Counted from the stretch's first letter, positions 1 to 8,575 are shown. The stretch is 64,000 nucleotides of DNA from an uncultured delta proteobacterium (GCA_963716785.1 CAVQUW010000005.1:1699-65698); one strand, 5' to 3'. The notes: generated from the sequence alone by a model not told the origin. Made by a program: numbers and translations.

Positions 1-874
1 CCATGTCCGCCAGTTTGAAGGCATTGGCCTGGAAGGTGGCGATGGGCCGGCCGAACTGCTCGCGCTGGTTGGCGTATTTGATGGTGTGGTCGAAGCACCC
101 CTGGGCGCCGCCGAGCCCCATGGCGGCGATGGAGAGCCGGCCGCCGTCGAGCGTCTGCATCATCTGGTGGAAACCGTGCCCGCGCGGCCCCAGCAGGTGG
201 TCCTTGGGCACCCGGCAATCCTCGAAATACAGCTCCGCGGTGTTCGAAGAGCGCCACATCATTTTGCCGTGCATGGGCCGCGCGGTGAAACCGGGGGTGC
301 CCGCCTCCACGACGATGCAGGAGAGTTCGGCCTTGCCGTCCTCCCTGGCCCCGGTGCGGGCCAGCACGGTCACACCGGAAGTGATGTCGGTGGCGGCGTT
401 GGTGATGAAGATCTTGCTGCCGTTGATCACCCACTCGTTGCCGTCGAGAACCGCGTTGGTCCTGGAGTTGGCGGCGTCCGATCCCGCGTTCGGCTCGGTC
501 AGCCCGAAGCCCCACAGCGCCTCGCCGCGGCACAGCTTCGGCAGGTATTTCTTTTTTTGTTCCTCACTTCCGAAATAGTAGAGCGGGCCGATGCCGAGGG
601 AGTTTTCGGCCGCCACGGTGGCGGCATGCGAGCCGTCCACCCGCGCGATCTCCTCCACCGCGATAATGTAGGAGAGGTAGTCCATGGCCTGACCGCCGTA
701 TTTCTCGGAGACGAAGACCCCGAAAAGCCCGAGCTCGGCCATTTTCCGCATCGTTTCGTAGGAAAACTCCTCTTTCTCGTCCAACTCCTTGGCAACCGGC
801 TGAATCTCGTTTTCGGCGAAGCTGCGGACCGAATCCTTAAGAATTTCATGTTCGGACGATAGGCTGAAATCCAT
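1..874 (-). CDS. Acyl-CoA dehydrogenase (5' part; the gene continues beyond the left edge)
   Basis: Not in the ORF track because it runs off the edge. The reverse complement from the ATG at 874-872 reads MDFSLSSEHEILKDSVRSFAENEIQPVAKELDEKEEF...LWGFGLTEPNAGSDAA...EWVINGSKIFITNA...GGRLSIAAMGLGGAQG. These are typical ACAD N-terminal and middle-domain motifs. Confidence 0.9.
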   Translation of the reverse strand, partial: MDFSLSSEHEILKDSVRSFAENEIQPVAKELDEKEEFSYETMRKMAELGLFGVFVSEKYGGQAMDYLSYIIAVEEIARVDGSHAATVAAENSLGIGPLYYFGSEEQKKKYLPKLCRGEALWGFGLTEPNAGSDAANSRTNAVLDGNEWVINGSKIFITNAATDITSGVTVLARTGAREDGKAELSCIVVEAGTPGFTARPMHGKMMWRSSNTAELYFEDCRVPKDHLLGPRGHGFHQMMQTLDGGRLSIAAMGLGGAQGCFDHTIKYANQREQFGRPIATFQANAFKLADM

Positions 875-984
875 GACCACTCCTTGTCGTTGACGGATTC
901 GTTGTGGGCGCTCGAGGCGGATGACAGGCACTTGGCACGCGGCAGCGGATCTGCTAAGAGTCCACCAACAGCGTACGCGTCTAT

Positions 985-1013
985 TTTATATTGGGAAGCA
1001 TGAATCTTGTCAA
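985..1013 (-). promoter_or_regulatory. Sigma-70-like promoter (TTGACA-17 nt-TATAAA) upstream of the acyl-CoA dehydrogenase
   Basis: The reverse complement of 985-1013 reads TTGACAagattcatgcttcccaaTATAAA. It lies about 100 nt upstream of the ATG at 874. Confidence 0.45.
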
Positions 1014-1152
1014 TAAGCCAGACGCCGGCCGAACACCCGGAACATCGCCGCCGCCAATGGCAAGCGGCAAGAAGGGGCCGGAAGAAAAAAGGGGTCAAGG
1101 GGTCGACGGTTCAAGTGAAAAGAATCGAAGAATGACTCCCGATCCTGGACCC

Positions 1153-1184
1153 CTCGAACCCTTGAACCCTTGAACCCTCGAACC
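1153..1184. repeat. Tandem octamer repeat (CTYGAACC x4) abutting the mutM start
   Basis: The sequence ctcgaacc cttgaacc cttgaacc ctcgaacc is read directly. It ends 11 nt before the ATG at 1196. Confidence 0.85.
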
Positions 1185-1195
1185 CTTTTCCCCCT

Positions 1196-2032
1196 ATGCC
1201 CGAGCTGCCGGAAGTCGAAACCATCGTCCGAGACCTGAACTCCGCCGGGGTGGTCGGAAAGACCGTGACCTGCGCCAGTGTCAGCTGGCCGCGCACGATT
1301 GCCGCGCCCTCCCCCGCGGAATTCTGCCGGTTGATGGAACACAGGACCATCGCCGCCGTCCGCCGGCGCGGGAAATTCCTGGTCTTCGATCTGGCCGACG
1401 GGCCGAGCCTGTTGATCCACCTGCGCATGTCCGGACGCCTCGATCTGGTGGCGGCCGGGACCGAGCGCCAGGTCCACGAGCACGTGGCCCTCACCTTCGC
1501 GGACGGCAGCGAGCTGCGCTTCCACGACACCCGCAAGTTCGGGCGGATCACCCTCACGGCGGACCCCGACAAGACCCTGGCGCGGCTGGGGCCCGAGCCG
1601 CTCGAGCCCGGCTTCACCGCGAACCGCCTGCATGCGATGCTGACGGCGCGCCGCCGCCTGTTGAAGCCGCTGCTGCTGGACCAGACCTTCGTGGCCGGCC
1701 TGGGCAACATCTACGTCGACGAGGCCCTGTGGGAATCGACGCTCCACCCCCTGCGGCTGTCGGATTCGCTCTCGGCCGTCGAGGCGCGCGCCCTGCACCG
1801 GGCCATCCGCGTGGTGCTGCGGCGCGGGCTGAAAAACCTCGGAACCTCGCTCGGCAGCGGCAAGGCCAACTTCTACTCCGTCGCCCGCCGCCGCGGGCGC
1901 AACCGCGATGAGCTGCGCGTCTTCCGCCGCACCGGGGAGGCCTGCCCGCGCTGCGCGGCGCCGATCGAGCGCCTCGTCGTCGGCCAGCGCAGCACGCACG
2001 TGTGCCCGAAATGTCAAAAGGGGCCGGCGTGA
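1196..2032 (+). CDS. mutM: Formamidopyrimidine-DNA glycosylase (Fpg/MutM)
   Basis: The N-terminus MPELPEVETI carries the catalytic Pro2/Glu3. There is an H2TH region and a C-terminal zinc finger, CPRC-x16-CPKC. Length is 278 aa. Confidence 0.95.
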   Translation: MPELPEVETIVRDLNSAGVVGKTVTCASVSWPRTIAAPSPAEFCRLMEHRTIAAVRRRGKFLVFDLADGPSLLIHLRMSGRLDLVAAGTERQVHEHVALTFADGSELRFHDTRKFGRITLTADPDKTLARLGPEPLEPGFTANRLHAMLTARRRLLKPLLLDQTFVAGLGNIYVDEALWESTLHPLRLSDSLSAVEARALHRAIRVVLRRGLKNLGTSLGSGKANFYSVARRRGRNRDELRVFRRTGEACPRCAAPIERLVVGQRSTHVCPKCQKGPA

Positions 2033-2076
2033 GGCGCAGGGTGAGCGGCACAAGGGAATAAAGATCGGAATTTTTC

Positions 2077-2140
2077 GGGAGCGGCTTGCCGCGGTGATCG
2101 ATTTCACTGAAACGATATCGCGGCTGGAAGCCGCTCCCAC
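2077..2140. repeat. REP-like palindromic intergenic element (copy A, hairpin form)
   Basis: gggagcggcttgccgcggtgatcg / loop atttcactgaaa / cgatatcgcggctggaagccgctccc. It shares the core cgcggctggaagccgctcccac with copies at 3253-3304 and 4531-4582. Confidence 0.8.
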
Positions 2141-2197
2141 AGTAAAAAAGAGATTTGAGATGCCTTGCGGAGGGGCTATGGCACAAGCCGCCCCTCA

Positions 2198-2213
2198 CTC
2201 GAACCCTTGAACC
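2198..2213. repeat. Second copy of the CTYGAACC octamer (x2), 11 nt upstream of a start codon
   Basis: ctcgaacc cttgaacc is followed by ctGGAGcgtttATG (ATG at 2225). Confidence 0.7.
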
Positions 2214-2224
2214 CTGGAGCGTTT

Positions 2225-3181
2225 ATGCCCACCGGCGCCTGCGGCGTGAACTGCGACGCGTGTCTACTGCGGCTGACGGGCGCATGCTCCACCTGCGGGC
2301 CGGGCGCGAGCCGGGAGGCCGGGCTCAAGATCGAGGCCCAGGGCCGCATCCTGGGCGCCCCCTGCCCGATCCTGGCCTGCGCCCGACTGAACCGCATTGC
2401 CTTCTGCCTGCGGGACTGCGCCGCGTTTCCCTGCGGGAACTTCAGCGCAGGCCCCTACCCCTTCAGCCGAGGATTTATCGCCATGCAGGAACGCCGCCGC
2501 CGCCAATTGCCGCCGGCCTATGCCCCCGACGGGTCGCATCTCAAGGTGGACGGATTTTTCTGGGACCGCCTGCAGAAGACGGACCTAAACCAGTTGTGCG
2601 CCCGCACCCAGTTCGCGCCGACCGCGGAGGGCGGGCTGGTCTTCCGCTTCCTGAACGAGGACGTGATGGTCGACCTGAACGACCGCTGCCTCAAACGGCT
2701 CGAAGGCGGAGGCTGGCAGCGGACCGAGGACCCTCTGCTCGAGCTGGCCACGGTGCTCTACCTGATTAACGTGCAGGACGTCTACCCCCTGGGGAGGGAC
2801 CTGGTCGGGCCCCGGGATCTGAAGGAGGGGCATTTTTTCCAGGGACCGCACGAACTGCGCACCGCGCCCCTGATCGAGCGCTACGGAAGGGACATCGAGG
2901 GCTTCAGGCAGGCCGCCGGGCGGCTGGACGGCGAGCCGGTGGAGATGGCCGACGCCGCCTGCCGGCTGAAGCCCTTTCCGCGCGTGCCTCTCTATTTCCT
3001 GCTGTGGGAGGGTGACGAGGAGTTCCCGGCGCGCATGAGCGTGCTCCTCGACCGCTCGGTCGAGGAGTTCCTGGCGGCCGACGCCATCTGGGGGCTCATC
3101 AACCGGGTGTCCACGGCGTTGCTGACCGGCGCGGCAGGCCCACGGCGCCCGGGGGTTCCGGAAGAGGCGCCTTTCAAGTAA
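2225..3181 (+). CDS. DUF3795-like Cys-rich domain plus DUF3786-family protein
   Basis: The likely start is ATG 2225, with a GGAG Shine-Dalgarno. The N-terminus CGVNCDAC...CSTCG...CPILAC...CLRDCAAFPC resembles DUF3795. The rest resembles DUF3786 proteins of anaerobes. Family names are from memory. Confidence 0.6.
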   Translation: MPTGACGVNCDACLLRLTGACSTCGPGASREAGLKIEAQGRILGAPCPILACARLNRIAFCLRDCAAFPCGNFSAGPYPFSRGFIAMQERRRRQLPPAYAPDGSHLKVDGFFWDRLQKTDLNQLCARTQFAPTAEGGLVFRFLNEDVMVDLNDRCLKRLEGGGWQRTEDPLLELATVLYLINVQDVYPLGRDLVGPRDLKEGHFFQGPHELRTAPLIERYGRDIEGFRQAAGRLDGEPVEMADAACRLKPFPRVPLYFLLWEGDEEFPARMSVLLDRSVEEFLAADAIWGLINRVSTALLTGAAGPRRPGVPEEAPFK

Positions 3182-3304
3182 GTTGGGCTTTTTCGTGGGC
3201 GCGGCATCTTGCCGCCAAATAATGCTCGCGGCGGGGGGATTCAATTTTTTCCGTGGGAGCGGCATCTTGCCGCGAAATGATCGCGGCGGGGACGCCGCTC
3301 CCAC
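3176..3304. repeat. Tandem pair of REP/MITE-like elements (copies B and C)
   Basis: It starts with caagtaagt, which overlaps the stop codon of the upstream gene. Copy B is cgtgggcgcggcatcttgccgccaaataatgctcgcggcgggggg. Copy C (3253-3304) has perfect 11-bp outer arms gtgggagcggc/gccgctcccac and an inner 7-bp palindrome gccgcga/tcgcggc. Confidence 0.85.
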
Positions 3305-3322
3305 AAACTGAACTGATTCCGG

Positions 3323-3357
3323 TAAAGTGGCGCAGCGCGCCATGACCCGCTTAGAAG
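3323..3357. repeat. Second repeat module (taaagtggcgcWgcgcgccatg...cgcYtagaag)
   Basis: Nearly identical to 4605-4639. It contains the palindrome tggcgc/gcgcca. Confidence 0.75.
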
Positions 3358-3431
3358 CGACGCGGCGCCGATCCCGCGGGCGGCGGCGGCAGGGGGAAGC
3401 ATCCGCGCCGCCACGGCCCCGGCATTCGGCA

Positions 3432-4412
3432 TCAGCGCCGAAACACCTCCGGGTTGACCGTGTGCCGCGGCCGCCGGCCGCCGGCGAGCTCGATGATCTG
3501 CTCGACGATGAAGACGCTCATGTTGTTCATGCCCTCGTAGGTGAAGGCGGCCGTGTGCGGGGTGAGCACCACGTTCTCGAGGGTCAGCAGAGGCGAGTCG
3601 ACCGGAGGCTCCTGCTCGAACACGTCCAGGCCGGCCCCGGCGATGACCCCGGCCTTGAGCGCCTGAAACAGGTCGGCCTCGTTGACGATGCCCCCGCGGG
3701 CGGCGTTGATCAGGAGCGCGGTCGGCTTCATCAGCCTCAGGGTGCGGGCGTCGATCAAGCCCCGGTTCTCATCGGTCAGCGGCGCGTGGATGCTGACGAC
3801 GTCGGCGCACTCGAGCAGGTCCTCGACCGTCATCCGTTCTATGCCCTGCTCCCGCGCAAACTCCTCCGGCCAAAACGGGTCGTGGGCCACGACCTTCATC
3901 TGGAAGCCCTTCGCCCGCAGGGCCACGCAGCGGCCGATGGCCCCCAGGCCGATCAGCCCCAGGGTCTTGTTCCAGATCTCGAGCCCCATGATCTTCGTGT
4001 GCTCCCAGCGCTTCTCCCGCAGGCTGCGGTCGCAGTAGAGCATCCGGCGCGCCAGGCACAGGATCATGGCGAACGTGTGATCGGCGACGGCCTGATTGTT
4101 GGCCCCCGGGGTGTGGAACACGGGGATCCCCCGGCGGGTGGCGGCGGCCACGTCGACCGTGTCCAGGCCGGCGCCCTGCTTGGCGATCGCTTTCACCCTC
4201 GGGGCCATGTCGAGCAGAGCGTCGTCCACGCGCAGGTCGTTGCCGCACAGGATGACGTCCGCCTTGGCCAGCGCCGCGTCAAAGCCCGCCTGCCCGACCC
4301 CTGAGCCGCGCATGTCGATCAATTCGAAGCCTGCCTGGCGGAGATCTTCCATGGGTTTTTTGTCGAAGGCGCAAAACGGCCGCGACTCGATCAGGACGGT
4401 GAACTGTGGCAT
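3432..4412 (-). CDS. D-isomer-specific 2-hydroxyacid dehydrogenase (phosphoglycerate dehydrogenase-like, no ACT domain)
   Basis: The start MPQFTVLIES is at 4412. It has the GLIGLGAIGRCVA Rossmann motif and the ...INAARGGIVNE...LDVFEQEP...LTPH catalytic region. The track's upstream extension to 4754 runs through the repeat element. Confidence 0.85.
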   Translation of the reverse strand: MPQFTVLIESRPFCAFDKKPMEDLRQAGFELIDMRGSGVGQAGFDAALAKADVILCGNDLRVDDALLDMAPRVKAIAKQGAGLDTVDVAAATRRGIPVFHTPGANNQAVADHTFAMILCLARRMLYCDRSLREKRWEHTKIMGLEIWNKTLGLIGLGAIGRCVALRAKGFQMKVVAHDPFWPEEFAREQGIERMTVEDLLECADVVSIHAPLTDENRGLIDARTLRLMKPTALLINAARGGIVNEADLFQALKAGVIAGAGLDVFEQEPPVDSPLLTLENVVLTPHTAAFTYEGMNNMSVFIVEQIIELAGGRRPRHTVNPEVFRR

Positions 4413-4513
4413 GCGGAGACCCCTCCATAATTGATGAATAGCTGCGAACCAAAAAAAATTCTCCGAACGGTCCGCACATCCCACACTGACGGAACGCTGC
4501 CGGCTTTTGCTTC

Positions 4514-4600
4514 CAAGTAAGTTTACCTTTTTGGATTGGGCATCTTGCCGCGAAATGATCGCGGCTGGAAGCCGCTCCCACAAAAGACAAGACTTACTTG
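4514..4600. repeat. MITE-like copy D of the REP-like element, with 9-bp terminal inverted repeats
   Basis: The ends are CAAGTAAGT (4514-4522) and ACTTACTTG (4592-4600). The core is ggcatcttgccgcgaaatgatcgcggctggaagccgctcccaca. Confidence 0.8.
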
Positions 4601-4604
4601 ATGA

Positions 4605-4639
4605 TAAAGTGGCGCTGCGCGCCATGCGTCGCCTAGAAG
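4605..4639. repeat. Second repeat module, copy 2 (overlaps the purB stop codon)
   Basis: taaagtggcgctgcgcgccatgcgtcgcctagaag. The cta at 4633-4635 is the purB TAG stop. Confidence 0.75.
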
Positions 4640-5985
4640 TCGATAATCCCGGTGTAGTTCTCGGGCGTGATCGCCAGCAGCTCGTCCTTGACCCCCCGCG
4701 ACACATCCAGGGCTTCGACGAATTCCGCGATGCACTGCCGGTCGATCTTCGCATGGGTGCGGGTCAGGCCCTTGAGCGCCTCATAGGGCCGGGGATAGCC
4801 TTCGCGGCGCAGCACGGTCTGGATCGCCTCGGCCACCACCGCCCAGTTGGCCTCGAGATCGGCACGGATCGCCTCGGTGTTGAGAATCAGCTTGTCCAGC
4901 CCCTTGCGAAGCGATTTGAGCGCGATGAGCATGTGCGCGAGCGGCACCCCGAGGTTGCGGGTCACGGTGGAGTCGGTCAGGTCGCGCTGCAGACGGGAGA
5001 TGGGCAATTTGGCGGCCAGGTGCTCGAACAGCGCGTTGGCGACCCCCAGATTTCCCTCCGAGTTCTCGAAATCGATCGGGTTGACCTTGTGCGGCATGGT
5101 GGATGACCCCACCTCGCCCGCCTTGATCTTCTGCTTGAAGTAGTCCAGGGCGATGTAGGTCCAGATGTCGCGGTTCAAGTCGACCAGGATCGTGCCGATG
5201 CGCCGCAGGGCATCGCAGAAGGCGGCCAGGTTGTCGTAGTGCTCGATCTGTGTGGTGGTGCGCGAGCGGTTCAGACCCAGGGTCCGGTTGACCAGGTCGT
5301 CGGCGAATGCGGGCCAGTCCACTCCCGGGTAGGCGACCCGGTGGGCGTTGAAATTGCCGGTGGCCCCGCCGAACTTGGCCGAGAAGGGCACGCGTTTGAG
5401 CTGCTCGGCCTGAGCTTCCAGGCGCTCGACGAACACGTGGATCTCCTTGCCGAGACCCGTGGGCGAAGCGGGCTGGCCGTGGGTCCGGGCGAGCATGGGG
5501 ACGGCACGCCACTCCTGCGCCCTGGCACGCAGACTCGCGAGGACCTCGTCCAGGGCGGGCTCCATCACCCTGAGCCAGGCCTCCTTCAGGCTGAGGGGCA
5601 GGGCCGTGTTGTTGATGTCCTGGGAGGTCAGCCCGAAGTGGATGAACTCGGCAAACGGCTGAAGCCCCAGGCGGTCGAACCCCTCCTTGAGAAAATACTC
5701 GACGGCCTTGACGTCGTGGTTGGTGGTCTTCTCGATCTCCTTGACCCGAGCGGCGTCCGCCGGACCGAATTTGCGGTAAAGATCCCGCAGCGCCTCGAAA
5801 TGACCGGGATCGACCCTCTTCAGCGGCGGCAGCGGCAGGCGGCACAGGGCGATGAAGTACTCCACCTCCACCCGCACGCGGTAATGGATGAGCGCCCCTT
5901 CGGAAAAAAAGGGGGCGAGGTCCGCTGTCTGGCGGCGATAGCGGCCGTCGACGGGGGAGATGGCTTCCAAGGGGGTCAGCTGCAT
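4633..5985 (-). CDS. purB: Adenylosuccinate lyase
   Basis: The start MQLTPLEAISPVDGRYRRQT is at 5985. Length is 450 aa. The fumarate-lyase signature region is ...GSSTMPHKVNP.... Confidence 0.95.
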   Translation of the reverse strand: MQLTPLEAISPVDGRYRRQTADLAPFFSEGALIHYRVRVEVEYFIALCRLPLPPLKRVDPGHFEALRDLYRKFGPADAARVKEIEKTTNHDVKAVEYFLKEGFDRLGLQPFAEFIHFGLTSQDINNTALPLSLKEAWLRVMEPALDEVLASLRARAQEWRAVPMLARTHGQPASPTGLGKEIHVFVERLEAQAEQLKRVPFSAKFGGATGNFNAHRVAYPGVDWPAFADDLVNRTLGLNRSRTTTQIEHYDNLAAFCDALRRIGTILVDLNRDIWTYIALDYFKQKIKAGEVGSSTMPHKVNPIDFENSEGNLGVANALFEHLAAKLPISRLQRDLTDSTVTRNLGVPLAHMLIALKSLRKGLDKLILNTEAIRADLEANWAVVAEAIQTVLRREGYPRPYEALKGLTRTHAKIDRQCIAEFVEALDVSRGVKDELLAITPENYTGIIDF

Positions 5986-6128
5986 GCGGTGGCGTCCCGG
6001 GTGTCGGGGTTTCAGGGTGTCACGGTGCACGGCGTGGTTGGGCTGCAACGAACGGGGGGCACTATAGGAAAATCCTGTCCGGCTGTCAAGCCGGCCGCCG
6101 GGCATGCCGCGGCCGGCTGCGCAGGCGG

Positions 6129-7163
6129 TCACACCAGCTCAGGCGGCGGCACGATGGCGAGCTCGTCGATCTTCTGGAGCAGGGTCTTGTAGCTGACCTT
6201 GAGGATCCGGGACGCCCGGCTGCGGTTCCACCCGGTCTTCTCCAGAACGTGCGCGATCAACTCCTTTTCGACCTCGTTCGCGGCCTGTTTGCGGATGCCC
6301 TTCAGGTCGATGGCCGTGAGATCGATGCCGGGCCCGTTTCGCGGCAGAAATGGGAACCGGCGGGGCGGGCTCATCGTCGCCGGGTCGGCATGGGCACTGT
6401 GGCGCTGGTTCTCCACAGCGACCAGCATGCTGTCGATGCTTTCCTCGTTTTCACCCAGGAGGATGATGCGCTTCAGCACGTTCTGCAGCTCGCGGATATT
6501 TCCGGGCCAGGCGTAGGCGGTCAGCTTCTCCATGGTGGAGCGGCTCAGCCCGCGTTCCGGCCTCCCGTTGAACTCCGCGGCGTAGCGCTCGAGAAAAAAA
6601 TCGATGAGGACGGGTATGTCCTCCGGCCGGCGGCGCAGCGGCTCGATGAAGATGCGAATACTGCTCAAGCGGAAGTACAGATCGTTTCTGAAGTTGCCCT
6701 TGCCGATCTCCTGCTCGAGGACGCGGTTGGTGGCGGCGATGATCCAGACATCGGTTTTCATCAGCTTTTCGGACCCCAGGGGGGTGAAGTCGCCGCCTTG
6801 CAGGACATGCAACAGCTTGGATTGGAGCGGCAGCGACATGTCGCCGATTTCATCGAGAAACAGCAGCCCGCCGTTGGCCTGCTCGAACTTCCCGCGGCGC
6901 GTGCGGTAGGCGCCGGTGAACGCCCCGCGCTCGTACCCGAACATCTCGCTCTCCAGCAGGGTGTCCGGCAGGGCGGCGCAATTGACCTTCACGAAAGGTT
7001 TGGCGACGCGGTCCGACTTGTGGAAGAGCTGATGGACGACCAGTTCCTTGCCCACCCCGGTTTCGCCCGAGACAATGACATTCAACCCGGTATCGGCCAC
7101 CTGATCGATCAGGTCCCGGATCCTTTGGACGTTCTGGCTCACTCCGATGATATCGTGTTCCAT
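6129..7163 (-). CDS. Sigma-54-dependent transcriptional activator: AAA+ plus C-terminal HTH only, no N-terminal sensor or receiver domain
   Basis: MEHDIIGVSQNV... runs straight into Walker A GETGVGKE. It has the GAFTGA loop (ERGAFTGA), Walker B LFLDEIG, and a Fis-type HTH (RSRASRILKVSYKTLLQKI). Length is 344 aa. Confidence 0.9.
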   Translation of the reverse strand: MEHDIIGVSQNVQRIRDLIDQVADTGLNVIVSGETGVGKELVVHQLFHKSDRVAKPFVKVNCAALPDTLLESEMFGYERGAFTGAYRTRRGKFEQANGGLLFLDEIGDMSLPLQSKLLHVLQGGDFTPLGSEKLMKTDVWIIAATNRVLEQEIGKGNFRNDLYFRLSSIRIFIEPLRRRPEDIPVLIDFFLERYAAEFNGRPERGLSRSTMEKLTAYAWPGNIRELQNVLKRIILLGENEESIDSMLVAVENQRHSAHADPATMSPPRRFPFLPRNGPGIDLTAIDLKGIRKQAANEVEKELIAHVLEKTGWNRSRASRILKVSYKTLLQKIDELAIVPPPELV

Positions 7164-7264
7164 TCCGGCGTTTTCCGACCCCTAAAGGAAATAAAGGACA
7201 GGGTTGCGGCGCGTTGAAAGCCGATGACTCCCGGGCGCCTTTCAAAGGTGATGCTCTGCCGCCC

Positions 7265-7453
7265 TCAGCGGTTCACCAGGTAAATGACAATCCCGTAAAG
7301 CAGCGGGAAGGCGGCTCCCCACGGCCGCCTGACCTTGAAGCCGACGATGGCCAGGATCAAGGCGAAGACGACGATGAACAGCAAACGCCACATGAAATCG
7401 AATGTCGGGGGTGAGCCGCTCGACCCGTACAGGTGGAAATAGTCAAAAAACAT
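7265..7453 (-). CDS. Small hypothetical membrane protein (62 aa, about 2 TM)
   Basis: ATG at 7453 is preceded by GGAGGAGG. The sequence is MFFDYFHLYG...WRLLFIVVFALILAIVGF...FPLLYGIVIYLV. I recognise no homology. Confidence 0.5.
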   Translation of the reverse strand: MFFDYFHLYGSSGSPPTFDFMWRLLFIVVFALILAIVGFKVRRPWGAAFPLLYGIVIYLVNR

Positions 7454-7517
7454 GACGACCTCCTCCGAGTTTGGGTTCCCCAATGGGTCTTTGGCCGCGT
7501 CGACACCGGCAGGCGCC

Positions 7518-8276
7518 TCATCGGCGTCTGCCCTCCCGTGACGCGTTCCGCTCCCGGCGCAGGAGGCTGCCGCCGGTCACGACCAACAACGCCGCCAAAA
7601 TGATTTCCAGCCTTGAAGGTGGCAGGGAATAAACCACCGAAATCGCCACCGCTGCCGCAACCAGCAGCAGCACTCCCGCCGGCAAGGCGGCGAACCCGCC
7701 GGCCGTGGCGAGCCCCTCGGACTGGACCATGGTGCCGGCAGCAGGGGCCGATACCTCGCCCGTCGCCCTCCGCGGGGAAATCACGGCCTGCGGTTGCGTC
7801 TCCAATCGCCGGTACTCGGCCTCGATCATCTCGTCCTTGGCGAGCAGCTCGTTCAGCTCCTTGAAGATGGCCGAACGCGTCCGCCGGTCGGAGATCCCCC
7901 CTGCCAGCTGGCGGATCTTCTGGATTTTGGAACTGTTCACGAGCAGATCGATGCGCCTCAACATCCGCCGCTTGCGTTCGGCGAGCATCGGCCGGAGATC
8001 GGACTCCGTCAGGTCGGGTCTTTCTTGAGACGGGTCCTGGGCAATCCACCCCACGGGGTCGGCGATGGCCTTTTCGATCTGGATCAGTCCCTCCCGCAGC
8101 TCCGCGAGTTCCTGCCGATCGATCTGACCGGGCCCGAATTTGGCACGTTCGAACAGGGGCTCGATGTTCCCGCTTGGCCCGGGAAGCGCTGAACGCGTCC
8201 GTGAGTCTTCCTTGTCGACAAGCATCCGCTGGAAATCGGTCCCGTTCCGTGTAATGGCGTCGTGAATCCTTCCCAT
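7518..8276 (-). CDS. Hypothetical protein: charged, helical N-terminal region with C-terminal TM segments
   Basis: The likely start is MGRIHDAI at 8276. A heptad-like charged region (ELAELREGLIQIEKAI..., KELNELLAKDEMIEAEYRRLE) is followed by hydrophobic stretches LPAGVLLLVAAAVAISVVY and IILAALLVVTGG. I recognise no family. Confidence 0.5.
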   Translation of the reverse strand: MGRIHDAITRNGTDFQRMLVDKEDSRTRSALPGPSGNIEPLFERAKFGPGQIDRQELAELREGLIQIEKAIADPVGWIAQDPSQERPDLTESDLRPMLAERKRRMLRRIDLLVNSSKIQKIRQLAGGISDRRTRSAIFKELNELLAKDEMIEAEYRRLETQPQAVISPRRATGEVSAPAAGTMVQSEGLATAGGFAALPAGVLLLVAAAVAISVVYSLPPSRLEIILAALLVVTGGSLLRRERNASREGRRR

Positions 8277-8575
8277 TGACCCTGTTCCTTTGCGTGCTCC
8301 CGTGGATCTGAGTTCCGGCTGCATTGCTTGAAATCGATACCCACCCGCGATCCAATCGGCCGGCGGCCTGATCGTGAGGATCGCCAACGTGACATGCATG
8401 ATTGTATGCAATTATCATGCACACTATAAAATAACTCCAAAAATAAATTTTTATACTTTTAATCCGGAGAGTTGGGCTTTCGGGAGGGATTCCCGGGCGG
8501 CGATGCGGGGGTGGGCATATTACCCCAACAAACTAGGAAAAGGATTCCACAACGGTGGCGGAACCGTCGCTGCGC

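Noticed and set aside
934-952. Sigma-54 promoter-like TGGCACgcggcaGC upstream of mutM, and tGCATGATAATTGCA (8407-8422, minus strand) upstream of the 252-aa membrane protein.
   Set aside because: In the first, the -12 GC is one nucleotide out of register with the GG. The second lacks the near-invariant -24 GG. I found no convincing GG-N10-GC element for the local sigma-54 activator.
1153-1184. The possibility that the short tandem repeats (octamers, heptamers, REP copies) form a CRISPR array.
   Set aside because: The units are 7-8 bp with no spacers, or are dispersed palindromic elements of differing structure. No cas genes are present.
3432-6132. N-terminal extensions of track ORFs. Examples are 3432..4754, 4633..6132, 28740..30326, 29944..31320, 27004..27900 and 36088..36732.
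   Set aside because: Homology begins at internal Met codons with plausible Shine-Dalgarno sites. The extensions run through intergenic repeats or neighbouring genes.
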